This document shows, in pieces, positions 8,454 to 18,357 of a stretch of 38,138 bases of DNA. The notes beneath the pieces were generated by a model. It saw only the letters and a program-made list of their open reading frames with translations, was not told the origin of the DNA and made no database searches. Positions within the stretch are counted from its first letter, which is position 1, and every line of letters begins with the position of its first letter. The stretch lies in NCBI GenBank assembly GCA_031289835.1, contig JAITOW010000007.1, positions 1 through 38,138 of the forward strand. Direction: 5' to 3'. Source of the stretch: Puniceicoccales bacterium (GTDB lineage: Bacteria; Verrucomicrobiota; Verrucomicrobiia; Opitutales; JAIRKQ01). The position numbers were made by a program, and so were the translations under genes.

Positions 8454-9414
8454 ATCCGCAAAAATTTTTCACGTGCTCACATAGAGCAACTCTCAGGCGC
8501 TCGACAAAATTGTTTTCGAAAATGTCATGTTTTAGGAATCCGGCCGCACATGGGTGTCCACCGCCACCAAACATGCTCGCAAACAGATCCACACGCAAGC
8601 CTTTATTGAGTGCGCGGAGACTACATTTTATAAAATCGTTGCGTATTTCCAGGAAACATCCGACCAAAACCCCCTTTAGTTCGCGCGTATAGTTTACAAA
8701 GCCTTCCGTGTCAAAGGCAGCCGCGCCAGTTTCTTCGAAATCTGATTCCGTGACGAACGACAAGCATACGCGGCCTTCACAAAATATCTCCATATTTTTC
8801 AGCAATCTTTCCAACATTCGGTATCGCCGCAAGGTGTTGTTTTCATAGGCAAGAGCGTACATTTTGTACGGCTCCGTACCGGAACTTATCAGCGTTTCAG
8901 CAATTTTGAATGTTTTGAGCGACGTGGAAGCATAGGCAAACCTTCCCGTGTCCGTCATGATACCGAGGTATAGAGCATCGGCGATTTGTTTTGCTATGGC
9001 AAATTTGTTCCCGATTAATATCTCCGCTAAAATTTCCGTGGTCGAGGCCGCGTCACCATTTACGATATTATTGAGCGCGAATTTATTGTTTGAAATGTGA
9101 TGGTCGATGTTCAAAAACACCTCGTCGTAGGCCAATTTGACAAGTTGCCCAACGCGTTTAAAATCCGAACAATCGACGCAAATTAGCGGCAAACTATTGT
9201 CAATTTTATCGGCGGGAACACAGGGCACGCCTTCGAAAAAGGATACAAAATTCGGCGGAATGGCATCATTGCAAATTACGTAACACTGCCCACCGAGCGC
9301 ACGAATAACCGTAGATAGTGCCACTTCGCTGCCTATGCAATCCCCATCGGGCCTAACATGACCGACGATGTTATACGCCTCGTGCTTGCGCAGCAACTGA
9401 AACAAATTATTCAT
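8434..9414 (-). CDS. nrnA: DHH-family phosphoesterase, NrnA-like (oligoribonuclease/pAp phosphatase)
   Basis: Motifs HVRPDGDCIGS, DHH (NIDHHISN) and GGGHPCAAG. I chose the ATG at 9414 (MNNLFQLL...) over the ORF-track start at 9453, because it cuts the overlap with rbfA to 8 nt. Confidence 0.85.
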   Translation of the reverse strand: MNNLFQLLRKHEAYNIVGHVRPDGDCIGSEVALSTVIRALGGQCYVICNDAIPPNFVSFFEGVPCVPADKIDNSLPLICVDCSDFKRVGQLVKLAYDEVFLNIDHHISNNKFALNNIVNGDAASTTEILAEILIGNKFAIAKQIADALYLGIMTDTGRFAYASTSLKTFKIAETLISSGTEPYKMYALAYENNTLRRYRMLERLLKNMEIFCEGRVCLSFVTESDFEETGAAAFDTEGFVNYTRELKGVLVGCFLEIRNDFIKCSLRALNKGLRVDLFASMFGGGGHPCAAGFLKHDIFENNFVERLRVALCEHVKNFCGYDHASI

Positions 9415-9748
9415 TTGGCAGGGAATCGAGGAGGTCCAAAATTTTGTGCCCACGGCTAATTGATCTGTCCAAGCGCAGGTTGAAGCGCGGCGAATATTTC
9501 AAAGAAATGCGAGAAAACAAATTTTTGCGAATTGTTGGCAGCTTTTTAATCAACAATTTAAATATTTTTTGTTCGTGCTCCCCATCGCCAATGATGGAAA
9601 CGAAAACGTAGGCATCGTGCAAATCAGGCGAAACCTGAACTTCTATTACCGTGACATCGAGTAAGTCGTCGCGGAAAAGCGTCCGTAGAATCGAATTAAA
9701 TTCATGGCAAACAAGCTCGTTTAGGCGCGTAAGTCTCTGCTGTCCCAT
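9407..9748 (-). CDS. rbfA: ribosome-binding factor A
   Basis: About 113 aa starting from the internal ATG (MGQQRLTRLNELVCHEFNSIL...), which begins just after the infB stop. Typical RbfA length and position between infB and truB. Confidence 0.85.
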   Translation of the reverse strand: MGQQRLTRLNELVCHEFNSILRTLFRDDLLDVTVIEVQVSPDLHDAYVFVSIIGDGEHEQKIFKLLIKKLPTIRKNLFSRISLKYSPRFNLRLDRSISRGHKILDLLDSLPNE

Positions 9749-9752
9749 GGCC

Positions 9753-12128
9753 TCACAATGCCGGTTGAATTTTTTTGATCTCGAAGCACTCAACAATATC
9801 GCCAATTTCGAACTGATCGAAACCGGAAACCCTAATGCCGCACTCGAATCCCGCTCGAATTTCAGCAACATCTTCCTTTATGCGCTTAATGGAAGCGAAT
9901 TTACCCTGAAAAATTATGGTTTTCTTGCGAATGATACGCACAAATTGGTCGCGCAGAATTTTGCCTTCGATGACCATGCACCCGGCTATCGTTTCGGATT
10001 TGAGCGTGAATATTTGTCGCACTTCGGCGGCACCGAGCTTTTGTTCATGCAGCTCCGGATCGAGTAAAGCGGCCATCGCATCGCGTGCCTGATCTATGAT
10101 TTCATAGATGATGTTGTGCTGAATTATCGGAACACGTTGATTTTTAGCCAAAGACTGGGCCCCATTTTCAAATTTGGTGTTGAATGCAACGATCGTCGCT
10201 CCCGCGGCTGAGGCCAATTCGATGTCGCTTTTACTGATTGGCCCGACGCCAATACTCGTAATTTCAAGCTTGATTTTTTCACTGTCGATCGCCAGCAAAC
10301 ACCCTTCGAGGGCCTCCGCACTACCGTGAACATCGGTGCGGATCACAACGCGCAACGCCTTGTCCTGTTCAGCCGAAATCGCCGATAGCAACTGATCCAA
10401 GTCCGTGATTGGTTCCCCACTATCCACGAAAGTTTTTTTGCCATTGGCGGCTAAAACGTTTTCTTCGACTATTTTGCGTGCTTCCTTCTCGTTTTGAACG
10501 GACGTAAACGTCTCGCCAATGGCAGGAATATCCGTCCAGCCAATGATCTTAACCGGAGTCGCTGGGACCGCGGACTTCAATGTAGAATTGGAGTCGCTGA
10601 TCATCGAGCGGACCTTGCAATAGCTAACTCCGCAGACTATGCAGTCGCCGATGTGCAGCGTACCATCCTGAATGATGGCGCTGGCCGTCGGACCGCGCCC
10701 GGTTTCCATCTGGGACTCGAGGACAACCCCCGTGGCCCTATCGCTCGGATCCGCCTGTAATTCAAGTATTTCTGCCTGAAGCAGTATCAATTCCAATAAA
10801 TCCGAAATATTCGTGCCATTCAGGGCCGAAATCGGCGCACATAAAGTTTCGCCACCCCAGTCCTCCGGCGTGATTCCGCGCTGCTGCATCTGCTGCTTGA
10901 CCCGGTCAACATTGGCCCCCTTGGCATCGATTTTGTTAATCGCAACGATCACGGGAATGCTTGCTTTTTTGGCAAAATTTAGGGCCTCATCGCTCTGCGG
11001 CATAAAACCGTCATCGGCAGCCACAACCAACACGGCAATATCGGTTAAATTGGCACCGCGTTCGCGCATTTTGGAAAATGCAGCATGGCCGGGAGTATCG
11101 ATAAATGTGATTTTTTTCCCGCTTTGCTCGACCTGATATGCGGCCACATGCTGGGTGATCCCGCCCGCTTCACCCTGCGCCACCCGCGCTTTGCGGATTG
11201 TGTCAAGCAGCGTTGTTTTGCCGTGATCGACGTGCCCCAGCACGCAAACAACCGGAGAGCGCACGCTCAAACTCCTAACTTTGTCGCTTGCAACAACCTG
11301 CTTCTTTTCCTGCTTCTCCTTTTGTTTTTGCTTCGTCTCAGTTTCGCTCCGCTGCTCCCGCTGCTTAATTTCGAGTTCAAAGCCAAATTTTTCCGCAACA
11401 CGTTGGGCGACAGCGGGATCCAACGTTTGATTCATCGACGCGAATACGTTCATGCTCATCAATTTGGAGATGAGCTGGAATGGTTTGACATCCATTTGAA
11501 TCGCCAAATCGCGCACTATGATCGGTTGCTTGACCGAAATCGGCTTTAAAACAGTATTCCTAACCGGCCTTTCAATTTTCTTTAAAAATTGCTTGAATGC
11601 GGGTTTCGATTCACTTTGAGTTGCGTTTTCACTCGAGACATCAACCTCAACTTTTGCCTTAGCTCCCTCCCACTTCTTCGAAATATCTATGCCGCTGAAC
11701 GATACGAGCGGAACCTCATCTTTCTTTTTACCGGACCCCGCCTGGTGCCTCGCATTTGTGGGCCTCTTTTCATGGGAAGTCCCATCGGCCCTGCGATCGC
11801 CTTCGGGGGAACTGCGCCGCGAATTGGGGTTTTGATCGGCAGCTCGTCGTACAGCCACGGCGTTTGAAGCAACGACCGAATCTCCAATGGTTTCAACATT
11901 TTTAACCTCAGTTCTAACTTGCAGCTCCTTATTTTCGGATTCAACGGCACCGGAGAGACTTCCCTTTGACTTAGTGCCACCCAACTCGGCAATTAGAGCA
12001 TCGGCATATATCGTGGGAATCGTATTCGATGGCCCGCTAACATCAAGGCCGCGTGCACGCAGTAGTTCGACAACTTCACCGTTGCTCAAACCGAGCTGCT
12101 TCGCCAACTGATATATTCTTACGCTCAT
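9753..12128 (-). CDS. infB: translation initiation factor IF-2
   Basis: N-terminus [16 protein letters not shown]-domain motifs [17 protein letters not shown] and NKID, plus the C-terminal IF-2 domains. The ATG at 12128 is preceded by AGGAAG and lies 8 nt after the nusA stop, so the ORF-track start at 12164 is probably too long. Confidence 0.96.
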   Translation of the reverse strand: MSVRIYQLAKQLGLSNGEVVELLRARGLDVSGPSNTIPTIYADALIAELGGTKSKGSLSGAVESENKELQVRTEVKNVETIGDSVVASNAVAVRRAADQNPNSRRSSPEGDRRADGTSHEKRPTNARHQAGSGKKKDEVPLVSFSGIDISKKWEGAKAKVEVDVSSENATQSESKPAFKQFLKKIERPVRNTVLKPISVKQPIIVRDLAIQMDVKPFQLISKLMSMNVFASMNQTLDPAVAQRVAEKFGFELEIKQREQRSETETKQKQKEKQEKKQVVASDKVRSLSVRSPVVCVLGHVDHGKTTLLDTIRKARVAQGEAGGITQHVAAYQVEQSGKKITFIDTPGHAAFSKMRERGANLTDIAVLVVAADDGFMPQSDEALNFAKKASIPVIVAINKIDAKGANVDRVKQQMQQRGITPEDWGGETLCAPISALNGTNISDLLELILLQAEILELQADPSDRATGVVLESQMETGRGPTASAIIQDGTLHIGDCIVCGVSYCKVRSMISDSNSTLKSAVPATPVKIIGWTDIPAIGETFTSVQNEKEARKIVEENVLAANGKKTFVDSGEPITDLDQLLSAISAEQDKALRVVIRTDVHGSAEALEGCLLAIDSEKIKLEITSIGVGPISKSDIELASAAGATIVAFNTKFENGAQSLAKNQRVPIIQHNIIYEIIDQARDAMAALLDPELHEQKLGAAEVRQIFTLKSETIAGCMVIEGKILRDQFVRIIRKKTIIFQGKFASIKRIKEDVAEIRAGFECGIRVSGFDQFEIGDIVECFEIKKIQPAL

Positions 12129-12136
12129 ACTTCCTA

Positions 12137-13387
12137 TTATTTCCGGCAAATCTCCCGAATGCACCGAACCGTTTGCTCGGCTTCCTTCTGATTGAATCCA
12201 ACATCCACTAGATCGTGCGGCTCAACACTCTCAAACGCCTCGACATCCGTAATGCCAGCTGCCACCAATTTGTGCGCGATCTCCTTCGTGATCCCCGGAA
12301 CATCAGACCAACCCGCAACCGCACGCTCCAACTTATCATCAAAATTGTCAATGGCAACCAATTCTTTACTGATATCCAAGCGCCAATTCATCATTTTCGA
12401 AGTCAGTTTAGCATTTAAGCCGCGTTTGCCGATGGCCACAGCCAAGTCGCTCTCCGCAACCTCGAAATATATCCTATGTTCAGCTTCATTGACGCTCACA
12501 TTCCTCGGTATGGCCGGTTTGATCGCCTCACACAGCAACTTTTGCGGATCTTCGTAGTACCTGATCACGTCTATTTTTTCGCCGTTTAACTCGCGGACAA
12601 TACTCTTTATGCGAACTCCCCGCGTTCCGACACAGGCACCAACGGGATCGATGTTCCTATCCTTCGTATCGACGCAGATCTTTGTGCGATACCCCGGCTC
12701 CCGCGCAATCCCCCTTATGAATACACTGCCGTCCGCAATCTCCGACACCTCAATTTCCAGGAGTCGGCACACAAAATTCACATGGCTGCGGCTTAGGATG
12801 ATATCAGCATCGTAGGAATCGGTGTTCAATTTTAATAGTAAGCAGCGCACGCGATCCCCCGGCGCGTACTCCTCCCCGCGGATGCACTCCCTAGCCGGCA
12901 GTAGAGCCTCGGTGTTTCCAATCTCCACGTAAACATTGCCATTGTCCACGCGGTGAACAACGCAGGATACGATATCGCCCACCCTATTCTTGAAATCATC
13001 GTATAACTTTTCCTTTTCGAAAAATTTTATCCGCTGCATGATGGCCTGCCGAGCGGTCTGAGCAACTATTCTGCCGAGCAAAGCAGGATCGATTTCCGTT
13101 TCAATCACGGAACCGACCTCGGCGTGATCATCGACTGCCAAAGCCTTGCTTATGTGCACTTGGTTTCGCGGATCACACACAGAATCAACAACTTCAAAAA
13201 CTGCCCAGGCTTGCAGTTGCCCGGTACGAGGACTAATCTCGACCCTGACATCCTGTCCAGCTGTGACGCTTTTTAGAGCAGCTGTCCGAATGGCTTCGCT
13301 GATGGTTTCGATCATGTCCGTACGGCTAATACCTTTTTCCCTTTCCATGTACTCCAAAACCGACAATATTTGACTATTGGTGCTCAT
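12137..13387 (-). CDS. nusA: transcription termination/antitermination factor NusA
   Basis: The NusA N-terminal domain, S1 and KH regions are recognisable (PRTGQLQAWAVFEVV, GDIVSCVVHRVDNGNVYVEIG, DPVGACVGTRGVRIKSIVRELNGEKIDV). Conserved nusA-infB order. Confidence 0.95.
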   Translation of the reverse strand: MSTNSQILSVLEYMEREKGISRTDMIETISEAIRTAALKSVTAGQDVRVEISPRTGQLQAWAVFEVVDSVCDPRNQVHISKALAVDDHAEVGSVIETEIDPALLGRIVAQTARQAIMQRIKFFEKEKLYDDFKNRVGDIVSCVVHRVDNGNVYVEIGNTEALLPARECIRGEEYAPGDRVRCLLLKLNTDSYDADIILSRSHVNFVCRLLEIEVSEIADGSVFIRGIAREPGYRTKICVDTKDRNIDPVGACVGTRGVRIKSIVRELNGEKIDVIRYYEDPQKLLCEAIKPAIPRNVSVNEAEHRIYFEVAESDLAVAIGKRGLNAKLTSKMMNWRLDISKELVAIDNFDDKLERAVAGWSDVPGITKEIAHKLVAAGITDVEAFESVEPHDLVDVGFNQKEAEQTVRCIREICRK

Positions 13388-13413
13388 CTTAAAACTTACA
13401 TAAACGCTCAGTT

Positions 13414-13440
13414 AACAAAAAAAGCGGGAAACCCGCTCTT
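13414..13440 (-). terminator. rho-independent terminator (minus strand)
   Basis: On the minus strand the sequence reads AGCGGG-UUU-CCCGCU followed by UUUUUUUGUU. The stem can extend by A-U and G.U pairs into the U-tract. It lies downstream of orf116 and ends 27 nt before the nusA ATG. Confidence 0.7.
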
Positions 13441-13508
13441 GCAACACAAAAAACTCCAATGAGGGCTATAGCAAGATCTACCAAAAGTCAAGCATATCAC
13501 AAACTTTC

Positions 13509-13859
13509 CTAAAAAACTTTATCAAAGGCATCGTAGCACGATTTCCCATGAACACGCCTGAAATGATTTAGAGAGCTACTAACCAGATGAATCAAATAAA
13601 TTGAATGGGGATTTTTATCATATTTCCGAAGAATTGCCCTAACATCCAGTGAAAACGGTGTACTCACAGAACGCGCCGCGAGTTGCTTTGATACGATGAG
13701 ACCTTTATCTTTGAAAGCATTCAGCAAAACACTCGGGTCGGCCTTGCCATTTCCAATGGAAGCGAAGGGCGCATCACCATTATTCCCCAATCGAACCCCA
13801 CCGGGACGAACTCTACCCCGGCCATTCCGGGTACAACCACTCTCTATGCGAAACACCAT
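13509..13859 (-). CDS. hypothetical protein (116 aa), Arg/Gly-rich N-terminus
   Basis: Only an open frame, MVFRIESGCTRNGRGRVRPGGVRLGNNG..., with no motif I recognise and no obvious Shine-Dalgarno. It occupies the slot where rimP normally precedes nusA. A non-coding RNA cannot be excluded. Confidence 0.35.
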   Translation of the reverse strand: MVFRIESGCTRNGRGRVRPGGVRLGNNGDAPFASIGNGKADPSVLLNAFKDKGLIVSKQLAARSVSTPFSLDVRAILRKYDKNPHSIYLIHLVSSSLNHFRRVHGKSCYDAFDKVF

Positions 13860-13928
13860 TGTAAATCAAGTAGCATATAAAAAATTATTTTCAACACATT
13901 TTTTCAATTTTCATGCCCATCCACGAAA

Positions 13929-14843
13929 TTAAAATTTTCTGAGATTATCGATCATACTCACGAAATGGAAGGGCAAAGGTGCTTTTATTGCTATCTTTTG
14001 CAGGGTTATTGGATGGGTGAAGCTGAGTTTATTGGCATGAAGCATCGGCCTGTCGCACTGAACGTGTGGGCAAAAATTGGGGTTATAGCCGTAGGTTGTA
14101 TCGCCCAGGAGCGGGTGTCCGATGTTCGATAGATGAACCCGTATTTGGTGTGTGCGGCCGGTGTGCAGGTTAACATTCAGCAATGAAAACAAATTGCCGA
14201 AGCATTCCTTGGCCTGCCAATCTGTCACAGCCGGCCTCCCATCAGAACGCACGCACATTTTTGTTTTTACCGTTCCATGCCGGCCAATCGGCTGATCAAT
14301 CGTTCCGGACAAGGTCCGCATGGGTCCGCACACTACCGCCAGGTATTCCTTTCCAATTGCCCGCTTTGAAAATAATCTGATCAATTTTAAATATGCCGCG
14401 TCCGTCTTGGCAAAAATAATGGCACCGGTTGTGTCTTTGTCCAGCCGGTGAACGACGCCGGGACGAAATTCTCCCCCGATCTTACTCAATTCGCAGTGGG
14501 CCAGCACCCCTTCGACCAAGGTCGGCTCTTTTATTCCATTGCCAGCGTGCACGGCCATGCCAGCGGGCTTATTCACGATGACCAAGTGTTCATCCTCAAA
14601 CAATATCTCCAGGTTCATATCGCGCGGAGCAAGGGTGAACCGTTCCGGGCGAATTAATTCAAGTTCAATGATGTCACCGCCTTGCAAGGGATGCTTCGCT
14701 TTGATTCTTTGACCGTTGCAGAGGACCAGTCCCTCGTCGAAGGATTTTTTGATCCGAGTCCGACTAATATCCTGAAAATGCGTGGCAAGAAATTTGTCCA
14801 CACGGACGGGAGCATCAAGATTTTGGGCGACGATTTTGATCAT
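13929..14843 (-). CDS. rluD: 23S rRNA pseudouridine synthase, RluD/RluA family
   Basis: N-terminal S4-like domain (RVDKFLATHF...ISRTRIKKSF) and catalytic motif HRLDKDTTGAIIFAK, plus HQIRVHL. Confidence 0.9.
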   Translation of the reverse strand: MIKIVAQNLDAPVRVDKFLATHFQDISRTRIKKSFDEGLVLCNGQRIKAKHPLQGGDIIELELIRPERFTLAPRDMNLEILFEDEHLVIVNKPAGMAVHAGNGIKEPTLVEGVLAHCELSKIGGEFRPGVVHRLDKDTTGAIIFAKTDAAYLKLIRLFSKRAIGKEYLAVVCGPMRTLSGTIDQPIGRHGTVKTKMCVRSDGRPAVTDWQAKECFGNLFSLLNVNLHTGRTHQIRVHLSNIGHPLLGDTTYGYNPNFCPHVQCDRPMLHANKLSFTHPITLQKIAIKAPLPFHFVSMIDNLRKF

Positions 14844-15718
14844 TGTTGCTTCATAAATGACGCCCTGTTTAGGGCTACACCATGTCTGACATTGGCTTCG
14901 GAAATCACGATTTCATTACGTTTTATGATAGATAACATTGCTACCACGGTGCCGAGCGCAATGTCAAAAATATCCGCCTTCCCTTCGGGGATGCCGAAAA
15001 CAAGCCTATCCGGAAGGGACATCGGTGAAATTTTTTCAAACAGAAATTTCACCTCCGCAGCGGAGACAGTTTTTCCATCGACCATTGGAAAAAACCGCTT
15101 TGCTATGACCAAACATCCTCCCGTACAAATAATTTTGGCGTCCCGCCGCAAATCAGGAATATCTTCCACGCTTTCGCACACGATTTTGGTGATATTGTCC
15201 AATGACGGCTCAAGATGCCCATCGCGCAGGAGCTCAGCCAGGCTGATTGCGCCGATATTCTTGCTCGCTGAAAAAATATGCGTTCCCTTGAAAAGGTTGA
15301 ATTCCACGCTACCTCCGCCAATATCCATGGAAAAAAAGTTTTCGGTCCATTCGATATTTTTCACCGAATCACATATGAATTGCGCTTCTTCGCGTCCGCT
15401 GAGCACGTTCACACCCATTCCAGTCTCAGCTTTCACCTTTGACAGGAAGTTGTGCGCATTTTTTGCGGAACGGATCGAATAAGTTGCGATGCAGATGGTA
15501 TTTTCGGTACCCTTATCCTGCCCAAAGGAAATTAAACCTTTCATCACCCCAATGGCTAAATTTTGCCTGTCATCATCGATCACCACCGAAGTTTGATCCA
15601 CCATTCGAATGGCGGCACTTTTAAAAGCAACTTGCTTGCACACCGCTCCAACGCATTCAAATACCGAAGCTTTAATGGAGCTGGTCCCAATGTCGACTAT
15701 GTTAATTAATTTTTGCAT
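14840..15718 (-). CDS. Ppx/GppA-family phosphatase (short form, N-terminal ASKHA domains only)
   Basis: ASKHA phosphate-binding motifs VDIGTSSIKASVFE and MDIGGGSVEF. At 292 aa it resembles short Ppx/GppA proteins. Its stop overlaps the rluD start by 4 nt. Confidence 0.75.
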   Translation of the reverse strand: MQKLINIVDIGTSSIKASVFECVGAVCKQVAFKSAAIRMVDQTSVVIDDDRQNLAIGVMKGLISFGQDKGTENTICIATYSIRSAKNAHNFLSKVKAETGMGVNVLSGREEAQFICDSVKNIEWTENFFSMDIGGGSVEFNLFKGTHIFSASKNIGAISLAELLRDGHLEPSLDNITKIVCESVEDIPDLRRDAKIICTGGCLVIAKRFFPMVDGKTVSAAEVKFLFEKISPMSLPDRLVFGIPEGKADIFDIALGTVVAMLSIIKRNEIVISEANVRHGVALNRASFMKQQ

Positions 15719-16694
15719 TCACGATTTTTTCAATCCGTTTCTCCATTTTTCTTTTAGCTATCACACTGCCCAAATCAAATAGAGATAGGAATTTCTTGCA
15801 TAGTATGCGAGTGGATCCCTTTGCCTTAAAGCCTTTCCATGGCGTAAGGCGGAGGTATCTGTAATACTTTGACGAAAGGTTTATCTGCGGGTGCGGATGG
15901 TATCTGCTAAAAAATGAGTCCCCTATGTGCCATGGCTTGGGGAGACATGCGAAGTGAAAAATTTTTGCTGACTTCCTGTATTTGCCCAAAACGGCCCCAT
16001 CGGCATAGCCTACTTCAAGGTTCCATATCGGCGGCAGATGTAAGTAATTTCCACCTGCAACCATGTTCAGCGCATCTTGGTCTGGAAATGTTAGTCTGTG
16101 CCTTTTTTCCGAAAATATTAGGCTCAGACACTGCTTTTCAAAATTTTCCGCGCGCATCTTTTCCAAATTTAACGGCAACACTCCGCTGTTAAAATAACCA
16201 TTTTCGAGCGGTGTGCCTATCCTTTGAATTTGGAAATACGTCGAAGTTTTATTCAGATCGAGTTCATCGACGGCGGCGAGAAATTTGTCCCGCAAGTCAA
16301 CATCAAACAATTCCACCATGTCACCTTCGACAATCGTATCAGCGTCGAGGTATATGGCCTTGGAATATTTTTCCAGCAACGTCGGAATTTTTAGGCGATA
16401 TAGTATTGCTTTGCTCCACGGCGGAGGAATATGAAGCCCATCTAATTCATGGTCGTGCACTTCAATGAACGTTAATTCGCACGCTTTCAAACTGGATGTA
16501 ATTATCAACTTTTCACGATTTTCAGCACTCAAATTTCCAGTGAGTATGAAAATATGAACTTTATATTTGCTTGAAATATTTGCTAGCAGCGAAGCCATAC
16601 CGGCAGCGCAATGCTGAGCGTAATTGTCGTCTATACTGTAAATTATAGGCAACTCAACGTCCATGCTGGCAGTCTGCCACATTGGAAGGAACAA
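15702..16694 (-). CDS. glycosyltransferase family 8 (LPS/general glycosyltransferase, RfaJ/GspA-like)
   Basis: Motifs IIYSIDDNYAQHCAAGMASLL, the DxD motif YLDADTIV, and YFNSGVL. The start is uncertain: TTG at 16694, or ATG at 16682 or 16664. The 3' end overlaps the ppx start by 17 nt. Confidence 0.8.
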   Translation of the reverse strand: MFLPMWQTASMDVELPIIYSIDDNYAQHCAAGMASLLANISSKYKVHIFILTGNLSAENREKLIITSSLKACELTFIEVHDHELDGLHIPPPWSKAILYRLKIPTLLEKYSKAIYLDADTIVEGDMVELFDVDLRDKFLAAVDELDLNKTSTYFQIQRIGTPLENGYFNSGVLPLNLEKMRAENFEKQCLSLIFSEKRHRLTFPDQDALNMVAGGNYLHLPPIWNLEVGYADGAVLGKYRKSAKIFHFACLPKPWHIGDSFFSRYHPHPQINLSSKYYRYLRLTPWKGFKAKGSTRILCKKFLSLFDLGSVIAKRKMEKRIEKIVNAKIN

Positions 16695-16799
16695 GTCAAT
16701 GGAGTTATTTTGAAAAAAATGTGTATTTTTTTGTTTGATTTTTGAAGTATTTGCCTTAGTCCTTGGGCACTGTTTTCAAAATGTAGGGTACACACTGCC

Positions 16800-17465
16800 A
16801 TGAAACAATTGGAATTATCTGTAGAGAAGAGACTTGAGACCGGTCGCCGGTATGTGCGCAAGTTGCGGGCATCCGGCCGCGTTCCTGCCGTGATTTATGG
16901 AAAATCTGGGACACAGTCCCTATCGTTTGACGAGAAAAAATTTCGCATGCTTTTAAGAGAAAAGGGGCAAGCTGCTTCCTTGGTAAACATTCAGATTGCC
17001 GATGAAGGGTCTGTGCTATCAACAATTGCGGATATGCAGCGAGATCCGATCAGTGACCGCTTTTTGCACGTCGACTTTCATGAAGTTTCACGCACGGAAA
17101 AAATGATAACCGTCGTGCCCATTGAATTCATCGGAGAACCCATCGGCGTTAGGGATTTTGGCGGGGTGTTGGATATTTCAAAACACGAGCTCAATGTGAG
17201 ATGTTTGCCCACCAACTTGCCTGGAAGTATTAGGGTTAATGTCAGTGGCTTGAAAATTGATGACATCATTCACATCAAAGACCTAGAGAAAATCGGGGGC
17301 GTTGAATTTGTTGATGGAGATGAGGTTGTGGTCGTTTCATGTAAGAATGTGGCGAAAGAATCCGCTGAAGTAGAAGAACAAGCCGCGGATACCGCTGGAG
17401 CTTCCAACGCAGCGACAGCTCCAGTTCCTGAAGCCAAGGAAACTAAGGAAAAGGAATCAAAATAG
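16800..17465 (+). CDS. rplY: 50S ribosomal protein L25/general stress protein Ctc
   Basis: RKLRASGRVPAVIYGK and the two-domain Ctc length, with an acidic/Lys-rich tail. Conserved ctc-pth pairing. Confidence 0.9.
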   Translation: MKQLELSVEKRLETGRRYVRKLRASGRVPAVIYGKSGTQSLSFDEKKFRMLLREKGQAASLVNIQIADEGSVLSTIADMQRDPISDRFLHVDFHEVSRTEKMITVVPIEFIGEPIGVRDFGGVLDISKHELNVRCLPTNLPGSIRVNVSGLKIDDIIHIKDLEKIGGVEFVDGDEVVVVSCKNVAKESAEVEEQAADTAGASNAATAPVPEAKETKEKESK

Positions 17466-17478
17466 AGTCCCATGCTAA

Positions 17479-18078
17479 ATGGCTGCGAAACTTCTCGTAG
17501 GATTGGGAAATCCTGGCAAAGAGTATGACCGGACGCGGCATAATGTTGGATTTTGTGTCCTAGACAGGTTTTGTGCGGCCAAAAAGGGAAATTGGAAACT
17601 CGATAAAAAGTTGGAATCCGAGTTGGCGATAATCAAGTTCGGCAACCATAATTTGATTCTCTCCAAGCCAACAACTTTCATGAATGATAGCGGGAGGGCG
17701 GTTCAGAAGATTTGTAAATTTTTCAAAATACTTCCAACGGAAGTTACGGTTGTCTGCGACGACATTTCCTTTGATTTTGGTGAATTCAAGCTAGCGGGGC
17801 GCAGTGGCTCAGCCGGGCACAACGGATTGGCTGATATTTTGGAAAAATTTGGCCCCGGCTTTGCAAGGTTTAGGATAGGTGTCGGGGCAAAAAAAAACAA
17901 ATCAATGGACCTAAAAGACCACGTTTTGGGCAAATTTACCGACGATGAGCAAAAAATTATCGAAGCCATGATGCCCGAAATTTTATCCGATCTGCAGCTA
18001 CTGCTTGACAAAGGTTTAGAATATTCCATGAATCTGACCAATCGCAGGAAAATTTATGAAAAACAAGAAGAATTATAG
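17479..18078 (+). CDS. pth: peptidyl-tRNA hydrolase
   Basis: Motifs LLVGLGNPGKEYDRTRHNVGF and GSAGHNGL. Confidence 0.94.
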   Translation: MAAKLLVGLGNPGKEYDRTRHNVGFCVLDRFCAAKKGNWKLDKKLESELAIIKFGNHNLILSKPTTFMNDSGRAVQKICKFFKILPTEVTVVCDDISFDFGEFKLAGRSGSAGHNGLADILEKFGPGFARFRIGVGAKKNKSMDLKDHVLGKFTDDEQKIIEAMMPEILSDLQLLLDKGLEYSMNLTNRRKIYEKQEEL

Positions 18079-18349
18079 GGCCAGTTTCATACTGGACATG
18101 CGCGGATGTTCCGAGCCGATCGATGCGATTTTCACCAAGCTTAGAGGCATTGTGACGGATTTTGGCGGAGACATCAGGGAGTTCAAAGCCCTTGGACAAA
18201 AAACATTTGAGCGCGCCGTTAACAAAAGATATTTGAGCGGCGAGTACGTTCAAATCGCCTTTGGGGCGGATTCCAGTGCACCGACTGCCATCAGGGAAAA
18301 ACTTAGGCTAGACAAAACTATAAATCGCGTTTTTATCGAAAATTGTTAG
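18056..18349 (+). CDS. rpsF: 30S ribosomal protein S6
   Basis: 97 aa with the S6 pattern (YRASFILD...GGDIREFKALGQKTFERAV...GEYVQIAF). It lies immediately upstream of ssb and overlaps the pth 3' end by 23 nt. Confidence 0.82.
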   Translation: MKNKKNYRASFILDMRGCSEPIDAIFTKLRGIVTDFGGDIREFKALGQKTFERAVNKRYLSGEYVQIAFGADSSAPTAIREKLRLDKTINRVFIENC

Positions 18350-18357
18350 CAAAAAAT

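Noticed and set aside
13785-13823. A tmRNA- or tRNA-like string on the minus strand (GGCCGGGGTAGAGTTCGTCCCGGTGGGGTTCGATTGGGG) that resembles the GGGG...GGATTCGAC 5' end of ssrA, upstream of nusA.
   Set aside because: The flanks of the TTCGATT loop (GGGG on both sides) are not complementary, so there is no T-arm. No tRNA-like 3' end (GGTTCGA.TCC...CCACCA) exists before the terminator at 13414-13440. No plausible tag ORF ending in ...AA-stop is present. It is more likely coincidental sequence inside orf116, although an Rfam scan would settle it.
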